Positions 29,607 through 38,370 of a DNA stretch of 64,000 bases are shown here, in pieces; the stretch's first letter is position 1; the number at the start of each line of letters is the position of its first letter. Both the position numbers and the translations under genes were made by a program. The notes beneath the pieces were generated by a model. That model was not told the DNA's origin. It saw only the letters and a list, made by a program, of their open reading frames with translations, and ran no database searches. Origin of the DNA: an uncultured bacterium (GTDB lineage: Bacteria > Patescibacteriota > JACMRA01); contig OY969926.1 in the NCBI GenBank assembly GCA_963704645.1, forward strand, positions 1 to 64,000, given 5' to 3'.

Positions 29607-30185
29607 CTAGCTTCCAACAACTTTGGTTAAATATTTTTGCTTTAACTTAGTAATTTTTGGGTTAATTACCAACTGGCAATAGCCTTGTTCTGGGTGATTA
29701 TTAAAATAGTTCTGATGATAACTTTCAGCAGGGTAAAAAACATCTAATTTGGCTACCTCTGTTACAATTTTGTCTTGCCAATCGGCTTGGCTAGATTGTA
29801 AAACTCGCTCAATAATTTCTGCATCTTGTTCATCTAGATAATAAACAGCCGATCTATACTGTGTTCCAACATCAGCCCCTTGCCTGTTTAAAGTTGTAGG
29901 ATCATGCAAATGAAAGAAAATATCTAAAATTTCATCTAGAGTTATAACTTTTGGGTTATAGCTAATTTCAACAACCTCAGCATGACCTGTTTTACCAGAA
30001 CAAACAGCGGTGTAACTTGGGTTAACCAATTCCCCACCTGTATAGCCAGAAACAACTTTTTCAACACCTTTCACCAGCTGGAAAACCCCTTCTATGCACC
30101 AAAAACAACCCCCACCCAGAACAATTTTTCTCAGTTCAGTCTCCAACATTGTAGATTGAGTTTCTTCAGCTATAATTGAGTTCAT
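29607..30185 (-). CDS. msrA: peptide-methionine (S)-S-oxide reductase
   Basis: GGGCFWC, SGYTGG, TGHAEVV, HDPT..NRQG.DVGTQYRS, AE.YHQ.Y. Confidence 0.97.
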   Translation of the reverse strand: MNSIIAEETQSTMLETELRKIVLGGGCFWCIEGVFQLVKGVEKVVSGYTGGELVNPSYTAVCSGKTGHAEVVEISYNPKVITLDEILDIFFHLHDPTTLNRQGADVGTQYRSAVYYLDEQDAEIIERVLQSSQADWQDKIVTEVAKLDVFYPAESYHQNYFNNHPEQGYCQLVINPKITKLKQKYLTKVVGS

Positions 30186-30313
30186 GCATACAAATTAATT
30201 TATACACAGTCGGATGTCAATTTATATTTGACATAAGTATAAATTTACTAGTTATATAGCTACATATTCAGTTTTATCTGAATTATTTTATTAAAACAAT
30301 TTTTCATAATACT

Positions 30314-30871
30314 ATGAACACCGAACACAACAAAACAGATGATAACAAAGCATCTGAAGAAATGGTAGAAATGCCAACAACAATGTCTGAAAAGAAGCAT
30401 GCTTCTAAGCACACAGCTATGCACGAAGACATGGAAATGACAACAACTTCAGAAACTTACGATAATTTTGCAAAATGGTCTAAAGTATACGCTGTTTTTG
30501 GTTTTATTTACGCAGGATTTACCCTTTTAGCTGGAATTCCATACATCCTTGCTTTAGGTTTTGGTTTGTTAATGATTGCTGCTGGTGTATTTTACATTAT
30601 GGCTTACAATAAAGTTATGAAGTCTTCTGAATTAGTTAGAAGTTTATCTAAACTACAAAACAACCCTAAAGAATTTAAGAACACAACCGACGAAGTTATT
30701 GTTAATTTAACTTCATACTTCAAAACAATTAGTATTATTAACATTGTTGCAATAATTACCAGTATTGTTCTTGGAATCTTATTCATAGTATTCTTTGCTG
30801 CTGCTTTTTCCAGCATTTACAACAATGCAACCCCAAAAACTGAGCCAGTTAAAACAATTAATTACAGGTAG
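30314..30871 (+). CDS. membrane protein (DUF5362-like)
   Basis: AKWSKVYAVFGFI..., NLTSYFK pattern, three TM helices. Confidence 0.6.
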   Translation: MNTEHNKTDDNKASEEMVEMPTTMSEKKHASKHTAMHEDMEMTTTSETYDNFAKWSKVYAVFGFIYAGFTLLAGIPYILALGFGLLMIAAGVFYIMAYNKVMKSSELVRSLSKLQNNPKEFKNTTDEVIVNLTSYFKTISIINIVAIITSIVLGILFIVFFAAAFSSIYNNATPKTEPVKTINYR

Positions 30872-30886
30872 TTCAAACTTAAAATT

Positions 30887-31336
30887 ATGGAACATCCATC
30901 ATCTAAGCAAAATTCAGAATTTAATTGGGTAAAAAGAATATATTTCTACCTTATATTAGCTTCAACAATTTCTGTAATTGCTGTAACCAGCTGCGTTCTA
31001 ATTTATTCATCTGCAGTAAGATTTGTATTTACAGATTTACAAACCAGGCCGTACATTTCGTATGAAGATTGTAAAAGTAATTTCAATTATTACGAGCCTT
31101 CCATGCCTACGCCATATGAAGGCGATGGTGTTAAATTCGGCGAAAGCATGACTCCTGCACAGCCAGTAGTAAACCCTCAACTTACCAATGACGAGAAAAA
31201 GACTTGCGCTGATAAGAAAATAAGTATTGAATATCAACAGGTAGCTTTATCTACAGGATTAGCTATTCTTATTGCCGGAAGCATTCTTGCAATACATATT
31301 TATTTATTTAAATTCAGAAAAAACAAAATAGATTAA
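30887..31336 (+). CDS. membrane protein (DUF5671-like)
   Basis: KRIYFYL N-terminal TM, a Cys-pair loop, C-terminal TM ending in H..F. Confidence 0.6.
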   Translation: MEHPSSKQNSEFNWVKRIYFYLILASTISVIAVTSCVLIYSSAVRFVFTDLQTRPYISYEDCKSNFNYYEPSMPTPYEGDGVKFGESMTPAQPVVNPQLTNDEKKTCADKKISIEYQQVALSTGLAILIAGSILAIHIYLFKFRKNKID

Positions 31337-31371
31337 TCTGTTTAATTTTCTAAAATTAATAAATAAAACTC

Positions 31372-31400
31372 TGGTGGGAGATTAAAATCACTAAAACCAC
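31372..31400 (+). promoter_or_regulatory. ribosomal protein L1 autoregulatory leader (L1-binding mRNA site)
   Basis: TGGTGGGAG-ATTAAAATC-ACTAAAACCAC immediately before the rplA ATG matches the GTGGGAG...TAAAACCAC motif known upstream of rplA in Firmicutes. Confidence 0.75.
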
Positions 31401-31404
31401 AATT

Positions 31405-32136
31405 ATGACTAACACAACAATTAACCGAACCAAAAAAGTATCTAAAAAATACGCTGCTAATTTAGCAAAAATTAAAGAAGCTACAGCAGGCAAAGAAAAA
31501 CTAGAATTAAAAACTGCTGTTGAAACTTTATTCAGCCTTGAACAACCAAAATTTAAAGATGGTTGCATGGTTGAACTTCATGTTAAATTAAACATTAACC
31601 CAACTAAAACTGATCAAAACATTAGAAGTAGTGTATCTCTTCCAAATGGAATTGGTAAAAAAATTACCATCGCTGCTTTTGTAACTCCAGACAAAGTAGA
31701 AGCTGCTAAAGCTGCTGGTGCCACAATTGTAGGTGGAGAAGAGCTTATTGAAGAAATTAAAACTAATGGATCTGTAAACTTTGACCGTGCAATTGCCGTT
31801 CCAGAAATGATGAAAAAGATTCCTGCAATTGCTAGAATTTTAGGAACAGCCGGAGTTATGCCTAACCCAAAAACTGGAACAGTTGGCGAAAACGTAGATG
31901 AAATGATTAAAATTATTCTTGCTGGTAAAATTGATTTCAAAAACGACAAAGGCGGAAACTTGCACATTCCTTGTGGTAAAATTAACAAAGCTTTTACCGT
32001 AGAAACAATTGTTCAAAACATTCAAGCCGCTATTGAATCTATAGAAAAAGCTAAGCCAGAAGCAGTTAAGAAAAAATTAATTGCCAGTGCTTACATTTCC
32101 TCAACAATGAGTCCTAGCATTAAAATTGCTGTTTAA
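31405..32136 (+). CDS. rplA: 50S ribosomal protein L1
   Basis: DQNIR..V.LPNG.GK, AKAAGA.IVG, LG..G.MPNPKTGTV, SSTM.PS. Confidence 0.96.
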   Translation: MTNTTINRTKKVSKKYAANLAKIKEATAGKEKLELKTAVETLFSLEQPKFKDGCMVELHVKLNINPTKTDQNIRSSVSLPNGIGKKITIAAFVTPDKVEAAKAAGATIVGGEELIEEIKTNGSVNFDRAIAVPEMMKKIPAIARILGTAGVMPNPKTGTVGENVDEMIKIILAGKIDFKNDKGGNLHIPCGKINKAFTVETIVQNIQAAIESIEKAKPEAVKKKLIASAYISSTMSPSIKIAV

Positions 32137-32183
32137 TATTATACAGTCCAAGTCTTGGAGTAGCAGCACGAGACAAAACATTT

Positions 32184-32204
32184 TCCACCTTCGGGTGGAT
32201 TTTT
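32184..32204 (+). terminator. intrinsic terminator after rplA
   Basis: TCCACC-TTCG-GGTGGA followed by TTTTT. Confidence 0.85.
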
Positions 32205-32241
32205 GATTGGTGACATTTGGAGTATATCTTGGAACTATCTG

Positions 32242-32336
32242 GTAAACTGTAACCCTGAACTTGTTTCAAAAGCTGGTGCGAGCCGAGCTTGTCTCAGAGT
32301 GTCAGTTTCCTCCAATAGCGTCTAAGCTGATGAAAA
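32242..32336 (+). repeat. family B palindromic repeat with a nested insert
   Basis: GTAACCCTGAACTTGTTTCA [AAAGCTGGTGCGAGCCGAGCTT...] GTCTAAGCTGATGAAAA. Confidence 0.75.
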
Positions 32337-32414
32337 CTTAGAATGTTGATATTTATGTTTTTACAAAAAGAACATAGATTGACATTTCACCCCTATTTTT
32401 GAATATTAAAGAGT

Positions 32415-33452
32415 ATGCAAATAATTATTTCTTGTGGAGGAGGTGGAACAAGATTGTGGCCTGTGTCTACAGAAGAACATCCAAAACAACTAATTCCTTT
32501 GTTGGATGATCAGTCTTTGATGTTAAAAACTTATAACCGAATAAGGCTAAGCTTTTCGCCAGACCAAATTTGGGTTACCGTAAACGAAAAACATTTAGAT
32601 TTAGTAAAAAATATTTTACCTCCAGAGTTTGATTTAAGTCACATTATTACCGAACCAATTAAACGCGATACTTTTGCTGCAATTTCCCTTTCAACAGCCA
32701 TAATTGCCAGTAGAACTTCCGTAAATGAACCGTTAGTATTTATCCCTTCAGACGATTGGATTGAGAGCAGCCAAGATATTGAAAACCTAAACCAAGGACT
32801 TTTGAAAATTGGGCAAAGCTTACAAGACGGCAGCTTTGATTTTATAACAGTTGGAATTCAACCTAAATCTGCCAACACCCAACTTGGCTATTTGGAAGTG
32901 GAAAACAAAAACGTTAAAAACTTGGAAATTACCAAAGTTAAATCTTTTAAAGAAAAGCCAAATCAGGAACTAGCAGATGAATATTTTGCAAGCGGAAATT
33001 TCTTTTGGCATAAACATAACCCTTCCCTAACCTATAATAAATTAATAGAAAATATGCAGGTTCACTGGCCAGAACTGGTTGATATTGTAGAAGAAGTTTA
33101 TAATAACCAAGCTTTTAATATAGGCCATTTTGAAAACTTTCCTAAACTATCTATAGATTACGCAATTTTAGAAAAAGCCGAAAAAATTGGGATGATTCCT
33201 TTAAATATTAATTGGAATGATGTTGGCACTTGGGATACTGTCTACGAATATTTACCAAACTTAAACGAACAAACCGCAATACAATTAAACGGAGAAAATA
33301 ACAAAGTTAAGTTAGAAAATTCTAATTTAAAAGTAGCTTTTGTGGGTGTTTCTAATTTACTTGTTGTGCAAACTGAAGACGGATTGCTAATTTTAGACCC
33401 TACTAAATCTTCCCAAGTAAAAAATGTATCAGAACATTTTAAGGGAAAGTAA
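32415..33452 (+). CDS. manC: mannose-1-phosphate guanylyltransferase
   Basis: GGGGTRLWPVS...PKQ, EP..RDT, F.EKP, SIDYAILEK, WNDVG.W. Confidence 0.9.
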   Translation: MQIIISCGGGGTRLWPVSTEEHPKQLIPLLDDQSLMLKTYNRIRLSFSPDQIWVTVNEKHLDLVKNILPPEFDLSHIITEPIKRDTFAAISLSTAIIASRTSVNEPLVFIPSDDWIESSQDIENLNQGLLKIGQSLQDGSFDFITVGIQPKSANTQLGYLEVENKNVKNLEITKVKSFKEKPNQELADEYFASGNFFWHKHNPSLTYNKLIENMQVHWPELVDIVEEVYNNQAFNIGHFENFPKLSIDYAILEKAEKIGMIPLNINWNDVGTWDTVYEYLPNLNEQTAIQLNGENNKVKLENSNLKVAFVGVSNLLVVQTEDGLLILDPTKSSQVKNVSEHFKGK

Positions 33453-33498
33453 ATTAAGGAGATTCTCGTAAAGAATTTAAATGAATAGCACAAGTCGA

Positions 33499-33523
33499 GA
33501 ACTTGTTTCAGAGTCTAAGCTGA
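33499..33523 (+). repeat. family B repeat, partial copy
   Basis: GAACTTGTTTCAGAGTCTAAGCTGA. Confidence 0.65.
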
Positions 33524-33764
33524 GTATTGAAAATAAACTTATTGCATATTCTAACATTATCCTTTTCGAAAATCTGTTTGAATGAATAAAATAAATGTAA
33601 AAAATAAAGGCTTACAAAAAAATGCAAGCCAAAAAAAAGGAAATTGTTTTGTTGAAAACAAGAATCATTCGGGGAAAATTGAAAAATAGTAATGATTTTC
33701 GTAAAAAATTACCTCCTAAAGATTATAGAAAAGTTGATAGTTAAGCATCACCACCTGAGTTATA

Positions 33765-33992
33765 CTAAATGTTAAAGTAGTCGCCGCGTCCTGAATCTGA
33801 AACGTCATCGATCGACGAATCACTTCTTGCTTGATTTACAGTTGTATTACTCGAAGAAGAATCTCCAGCACCTTCATAACTGCGAACAGACTTATCTTCA
33901 GATTTCACAATTTGTTGCAAAGATGTGTCCTCAGTACTAATGTCGGGACTAGCACTTTGGTCTTCTGTAATTTGATCGAGTCTAAGACCCAT
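33765..33992 (-). CDS. small acidic Ser/Asp-rich peptide, hypothetical
   Basis: SD AAAGGA before the ATG. GC is higher than flanks. Divergent from the ABC operon. Confidence 0.5.
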   Translation of the reverse strand: MGLRLDQITEDQSASPDISTEDTSLQQIVKSEDKSVRSYEGAGDSSSSNTTVNQARSDSSIDDVSDSGRGDYFNI

Positions 33993-34104
33993 AAATTCAT
34001 CCTTTTACTTCATTCCTTTTCCATAAAATTAAAATCTAAATTTGTTGTAAAGTGAAATTTTCGCTGCTTGACATTTCTCTTCATTATACCAAGCTTTAGG
34101 CACT

Positions 34105-34848
34105 ATGCTTATACAGGCAAAACAACTAGTAAAAAACTATGGAACCAAGAAAAACCCTCTTCTTGCTTTAAATAATGTTGATGTAGAAATTAGCCAAGGT
34201 GAATTTGTAGTAATTTTGGGCAGAAGTGGAAGTGGTAAATCTACGCTTCTTAATTTAATGGCAGGCTTGGATGTAGCTTCTAGTGGAGAATTAATTGTAG
34301 ACGAATTTAATTTAAGTCATTCCAAAAGTGTTCAACTATCTAAGTACAGGGCTGGAGTTGGCATAATTTTTCAGTTCTATAATCTTCTTCCAAATTTGAA
34401 TACTTTAGAAAATGTTCTAATGGGTTCCTGGGCAGGTGGTAAACAGGCTGACGAAAAAGAAGCCCTAGATTTATTAGAACAATTTGGTCTTTCACACAGA
34501 ATAAAAAGCAATGTGAAAAATTTGTCTGGAGGAGAAAAACAAAGAGTATCAATAGCTAGAAGTTTAATGGGTAAACCAAAAATTCTATTTTGTGACGAGC
34601 CAACCGGAGCACTAGATAGCCACAACGAAGATCAAGTGAAACAAATTTTAATAGATTTAAATAAGGCTGGTTTAACTATTGTAATGGTTACGCACAACCC
34701 AGATTTCGCCAAAATTGCCACACAAACAATACGCATGAGCGATGGTAAAATTGTAGAAACAATTTTGAACACAAACTTAACTGCAAAAAACCAAAAACCT
34801 GACCTTTCAGATGTTAAAACTGAAACTAAAGAAGCTGTAAGCGTTTAA
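34105..34848 (+). CDS. ABC transporter ATP-binding protein (LolD/MacB family)
   Basis: GRSGSGKST, FQFYNLLP, LSGGEKQRV, DEPTGALD, VTHN. Confidence 0.93.
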   Translation: MLIQAKQLVKNYGTKKNPLLALNNVDVEISQGEFVVILGRSGSGKSTLLNLMAGLDVASSGELIVDEFNLSHSKSVQLSKYRAGVGIIFQFYNLLPNLNTLENVLMGSWAGGKQADEKEALDLLEQFGLSHRIKSNVKNLSGGEKQRVSIARSLMGKPKILFCDEPTGALDSHNEDQVKQILIDLNKAGLTIVMVTHNPDFAKIATQTIRMSDGKIVETILNTNLTAKNQKPDLSDVKTETKEAVSV

Positions 34849-34890
34849 CCTATTACAAAAATAATATCAACAAAACTAAAAATTCAATTT

Positions 34891-36408
34891 ATGACATTTA
34901 CATCTTTTTTCTTAATTTTAAGAAGGCAATTTCAGCAAAAATGGGGGCGCTTCTTACTTGCCTCTGGGGGAATTATTATTGGAGTTTGGGCCATTACTTT
35001 AACCACAGGCTTATCTTTAGGTCTTCAAGACACAATTGTAACTGCAATTAATAGCCAGGCTTCTGCTAAACAAATAACATTGTACAAAACTTCTACAAAC
35101 CAAACTAATTTTTTTGAAATTAATGATGCTCCAAAATTTGTAGCACTAAGTTTACCAGAACTAGAAAAAATAAAGGCTAGTAATTCAAACATTGAAGGCA
35201 TTACCCCTGACAGCTTACTGAACCTTTATTTAAACACAAGCAACCAAAGTTGCTACAATCAAGACAAGGAATTACAGGTAAAGTTAACAGCAGCAGCCTC
35301 TCCATCATCCACAATTCCCACAGGATCTGCAAATGTACCAAGCACTGTTTCTACAGCACCAAGTATAACAGAAGCTCAGGCTAAATTTCTTAAAGACTGC
35401 CCTACTTTAACTATTGCCAGCGATTACTTTAACAATTTTTACAGCCTTAATAAAAACACTTGGTCAGGGCAAACCAATGCGCCTAAGCGTGGCGAAATTG
35501 CTGCTTGTTTTAAATGTGGAACTTTAGACTTATACAAAACCCTTGGTGTAGAAAACCCCTCTGATATGCTTGGCAAAGAAATTACTGTTGAATTCAGCAG
35601 AGTTCCAGCCAACTATGAACCAGGAAGTATTATAGACGTTTTAAACGTAGACCGTGGCAACCCTAAAGTAGGCAAACAAGTTTCTGAAAAGTTAAAAATT
35701 GTTTCAGTAATTGATGACAGAAAAGCCAACAGTTTTGGTTCTGGCAGTGTAAACTTTTACCTTGATTACAGTTATTTTACACAAGCAGTTCAAATAGACA
35801 AGCCTAACCTAAACGCTAACCAAATTGGCTTTAATTCTGCCAGCATATATGTAAAAAGCTTTGATCAAGTTGATTCTGTAATTAAGTCTTTGCAAGACGC
35901 TAAATATCTTCCTTTTTCTGTAACTCAAGCTATAATTTCTGGTATAAAAACTGCTTTTTCTGTACTTACAATTGTACTGGCTGGTTTCGGTTTTATTGCT
36001 TTAATTGCTTCAGTTTTTGGAATTGTTAATGTAATGACCATTTCAGTTTTAGAACGTCAAAAGGAAATTGGTATTTTAAAATCTTTAGGCGCCCGAGATA
36101 GCGATATTTTCTATATTTTTGTATTGGAAAGTGCTTCTTTAGGAATTATTGGCTGGGTAATTGGAATTTTAATTTCCTTAGGAATGGGGAATATAATTGG
36201 GGTTGTATTTACAAGTTTAGTTAATGGTAATGCTGAATGGAAAACCAATTTGGACGCATTAGGAATTACAAGTTTCGGCCCAAGTTTCCCAGTATGGTTA
36301 GTTCTTGGAAGCTTAGCTTTAGCCCTATTCTTCACTATTTTATCTGGAGTATTTCCAGCCTACAAAGCATCCAGGCAAAACCCAGTGGAAGTTCTAAGAA
36401 GTGAGTAA
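34891..36408 (+). CDS. ABC transporter permease (MacB/FtsX family)
   Basis: GIIIGV, large extracellular domain, SVLERQKEIGILKSLGA, PA.KASRQNPVEVLRSE. Confidence 0.92.
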   Translation: MTFTSFFLILRRQFQQKWGRFLLASGGIIIGVWAITLTTGLSLGLQDTIVTAINSQASAKQITLYKTSTNQTNFFEINDAPKFVALSLPELEKIKASNSNIEGITPDSLLNLYLNTSNQSCYNQDKELQVKLTAAASPSSTIPTGSANVPSTVSTAPSITEAQAKFLKDCPTLTIASDYFNNFYSLNKNTWSGQTNAPKRGEIAACFKCGTLDLYKTLGVENPSDMLGKEITVEFSRVPANYEPGSIIDVLNVDRGNPKVGKQVSEKLKIVSVIDDRKANSFGSGSVNFYLDYSYFTQAVQIDKPNLNANQIGFNSASIYVKSFDQVDSVIKSLQDAKYLPFSVTQAIISGIKTAFSVLTIVLAGFGFIALIASVFGIVNVMTISVLERQKEIGILKSLGARDSDIFYIFVLESASLGIIGWVIGILISLGMGNIIGVVFTSLVNGNAEWKTNLDALGITSFGPSFPVWLVLGSLALALFFTILSGVFPAYKASRQNPVEVLRSE

Positions 36409-36410
36409 CC

Positions 36411-36457
36411 GTAGGGGAGAATTTTAATTCACATGTAGCGGCGAAGCTTGCGAGCCA
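36411..36457 (+). repeat. two family A REP-like copies
   Basis: GTAGGGGAGAATT..AATTC (degenerate, 36411) and GTAGCGGCGAAGCTTGCGAGCCA (36435), the latter identical over 23 nt to 44750. Confidence 0.7.
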
Positions 36458-36538
36458 CAAACGTTGAAAGCCTAATCACTGTGAATAGTGTGCCTAAATA
36501 TCTTTCAACAATATCGATATTCTCAATCAAAACAACCG

Positions 36539-36598
36539 TCTTTACATTCCTAAAAAACCGTGCTTAAACTAAAAAAGTGTTCTTTTTGAATACAAAAA
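36539..36598 (+). promoter_or_regulatory. 60-bp repeated promoter/leader unit, copy 1
   Basis: TTTACA-18 bp-TAAACT then GTGTTC-N5-GAATAC. 56/60 identical to 37055-37114. Confidence 0.85.
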
Positions 36599-36622
36599 CT
36601 ATATAAATTTGGAGTAAAACTC

Positions 36623-37000
36623 TTGGATATTATAAAAAATTTTCTGTTATTCGTAGTTATTCCCGTTACTTTGGTTTTCAGCAGTGGTATTTTAGACATA
36701 AAACTCATTCAAAATATATTTTCAACTAAAAAGCCTTATAACCAAAATGCTCATCAAGTTGCTCTTAAATCCGAACTAGAAGAGTTTAGTAAATATATAA
36801 AATGCGAACAAAATCCAATTTCAATTTCAATAGAAGAAGTTGATGGAGGTGTTGCTATACAAAACAATTCTACTAATCTTCATCTTTGTTTTTTTGATCA
36901 AAAAGAAACTTTTACTGTAACACCGGGGCAAAGAGTTTTTAAAAAAGGCTTTAAAAAAGAAGATATAAAACTTTTAAGGTCGTTAAAAGAGGGATTGTAA
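36623..37000 (+). CDS. small membrane-anchored/secreted protein, cassette 1
   Basis: GGAG SD, N-terminal hydrophobic helix, beta-rich C-terminus. Confidence 0.65.
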   Translation: MDIIKNFLLFVVIPVTLVFSSGILDIKLIQNIFSTKKPYNQNAHQVALKSELEEFSKYIKCEQNPISISIEEVDGGVAIQNNSTNLHLCFFDQKETFTVTPGQRVFKKGFKKEDIKLLRSLKEGL

Positions 37001-37014
37001 TGAAATTTAAACTT

Positions 37015-37042
37015 CGCCCTACTACTATGGGCGATTTTTCTT
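37015..37042 (+). terminator. intrinsic terminator, cassette 1
   Basis: TCGCCC..GGGCGA-TTTTTCTT. Confidence 0.75.
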
Positions 37043-37054
37043 ATACAAAAATAT

Positions 37055-37114
37055 TCTTTACATTTCAAAAAAACCGTGCTTAAACTAAAAAAGTGTTCAC
37101 TTTGAATACAAAAA
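37055..37114 (+). promoter_or_regulatory. 60-bp repeated promoter/leader unit, copy 2
   Basis: 56/60 identical to 36539-36598. Confidence 0.85.
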
Positions 37115-37130
37115 TTGTTTTTGATATAGG

Positions 37131-37583
37131 ATGGAATTAATGGGACTTTTAAAACAAAGCTTAATACTAAGTTCGATAGGTCTTATAATTACTTTAACCA
37201 CTGGTTTTAGATTCCCTAATCTAATTAATCAAGTTAGAGATATTATCGACAACTACGATCAAGTTCCGAAGTATGCACAAAGACTTGTATCTGGTAATAA
37301 GTCAACAAACTATGTAGATGTAAAACAAGAAACACTTGCGGAATTGAAAAATGTTAAGTTATCAGAAATTGTTGGACCCATAGCTTTACCTAGTGAAATC
37401 AAAATTAACTCAGAACAATCTGGGAAGAAATTACAAATTACCGTATCAAGCTCATCCTCATACCCTGGATATATTCAGGTAAAGTCACGAGATGGAGAAA
37501 CAAAATACTATGTTATTGAGCCAAACCAAATTGGAGTAATTAAGACTTCAGCTGGCCCCAAAGTTAACATTGTCACAGACTAA
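37131..37583 (+). CDS. small membrane-anchored/secreted protein, cassette 2 (start 37131 or 37140)
   Basis: N-terminal hydrophobic helix and beta-rich C-terminus. Confidence 0.65.
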   Translation: MELMGLLKQSLILSSIGLIITLTTGFRFPNLINQVRDIIDNYDQVPKYAQRLVSGNKSTNYVDVKQETLAELKNVKLSEIVGPIALPSEIKINSEQSGKKLQITVSSSSSYPGYIQVKSRDGETKYYVIEPNQIGVIKTSAGPKVNIVTD

Positions 37584-37584
37584 G

Positions 37585-37614
37585 ATCGCCCTATCGCACG
37601 GGTGATTTTTCTTT
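37585..37614 (+). terminator. intrinsic terminator, cassette 2
   Basis: ATCGCCC..GGGTGAT-TTTTCTTT, similar in sequence to the cassette 1 terminator. Confidence 0.75.
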
Positions 37615-37710
37615 AAAAAATTTACTTGATTGTAAACAAAAATTATGCTTTAAACTAAGGGTGTACTTATTTTAAGTACATTTTGTTCGAATTTATTGGA
37701 GGATTTTATT

Positions 37711-38100
37711 ATGAACAAAGGATTGATAATAGGTATTGGAGCTGCAGGACTTCTGTTTGTAGGATATAATATTATAAATCGTGGAGGCACTAAACTTCCG
37801 GGTGGCAATGGGATTATTGTGTGTCAAGGTGATAATGCAAGTGCTCGAGGATTATCTTTCAGCCTCAAAAAACCTGGACAGGGTGAAGCTAAAAACACTA
37901 GCACTAAGAAGGGTTATTTCCAGATCGCAAAACAAAATAAAAAAATCTTGATTAGACCACAAGATGGATCTCAGGAAAAAAATATTGCGGTTAATTGTGC
38001 GGTTTTCAATACGCAAACCTACACAGTAGAAACTAATAAAACAATTACATTTCCAATTGCCCAAGATGAGGCAGTACTTCTTGTAGATGGTGCAAATTAA
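37711..38100 (+). CDS. small membrane-anchored/secreted protein, cassette 3
   Basis: GGAGGA SD precedes ATG 37711. N-terminal hydrophobic helix. Terminator TTCCCCAAGG..CTTTGGGGAA near 38118-38149. Confidence 0.7.
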   Translation: MNKGLIIGIGAAGLLFVGYNIINRGGTKLPGGNGIIVCQGDNASARGLSFSLKKPGQGEAKNTSTKKGYFQIAKQNKKILIRPQDGSQEKNIAVNCAVFNTQTYTVETNKTITFPIAQDEAVLLVDGAN

Positions 38101-38370
38101 TAATATATGTATTTACATTCCCCAAGGCTGTCTTTGGGGAAATTTTCTTAGGAGGGTTTAGTTCAATAAATAAATGCAATCTCCATTCAGATAGTAATGT
38201 TCTTTTTAATCTATTTAAATATTTTCTAATCTGACCATTTAAACCCTAAAAACAAATCGAAGATCATAGTGAAATGTAGTCTTGTAGTGTAACCAATTAA
38301 CCACCCTTCTAAATACAACTTTCACAACCTGGCTTTACAAAAGTCTAAAAACTTTTCCTTCTGGGAGGGT

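Noticed and set aside
36539-38149. Integron cassette array
   Set aside because: No attC-type GTTRRRY/RYYYAAC sites or integron integrase were seen, and each unit has its own promoter.
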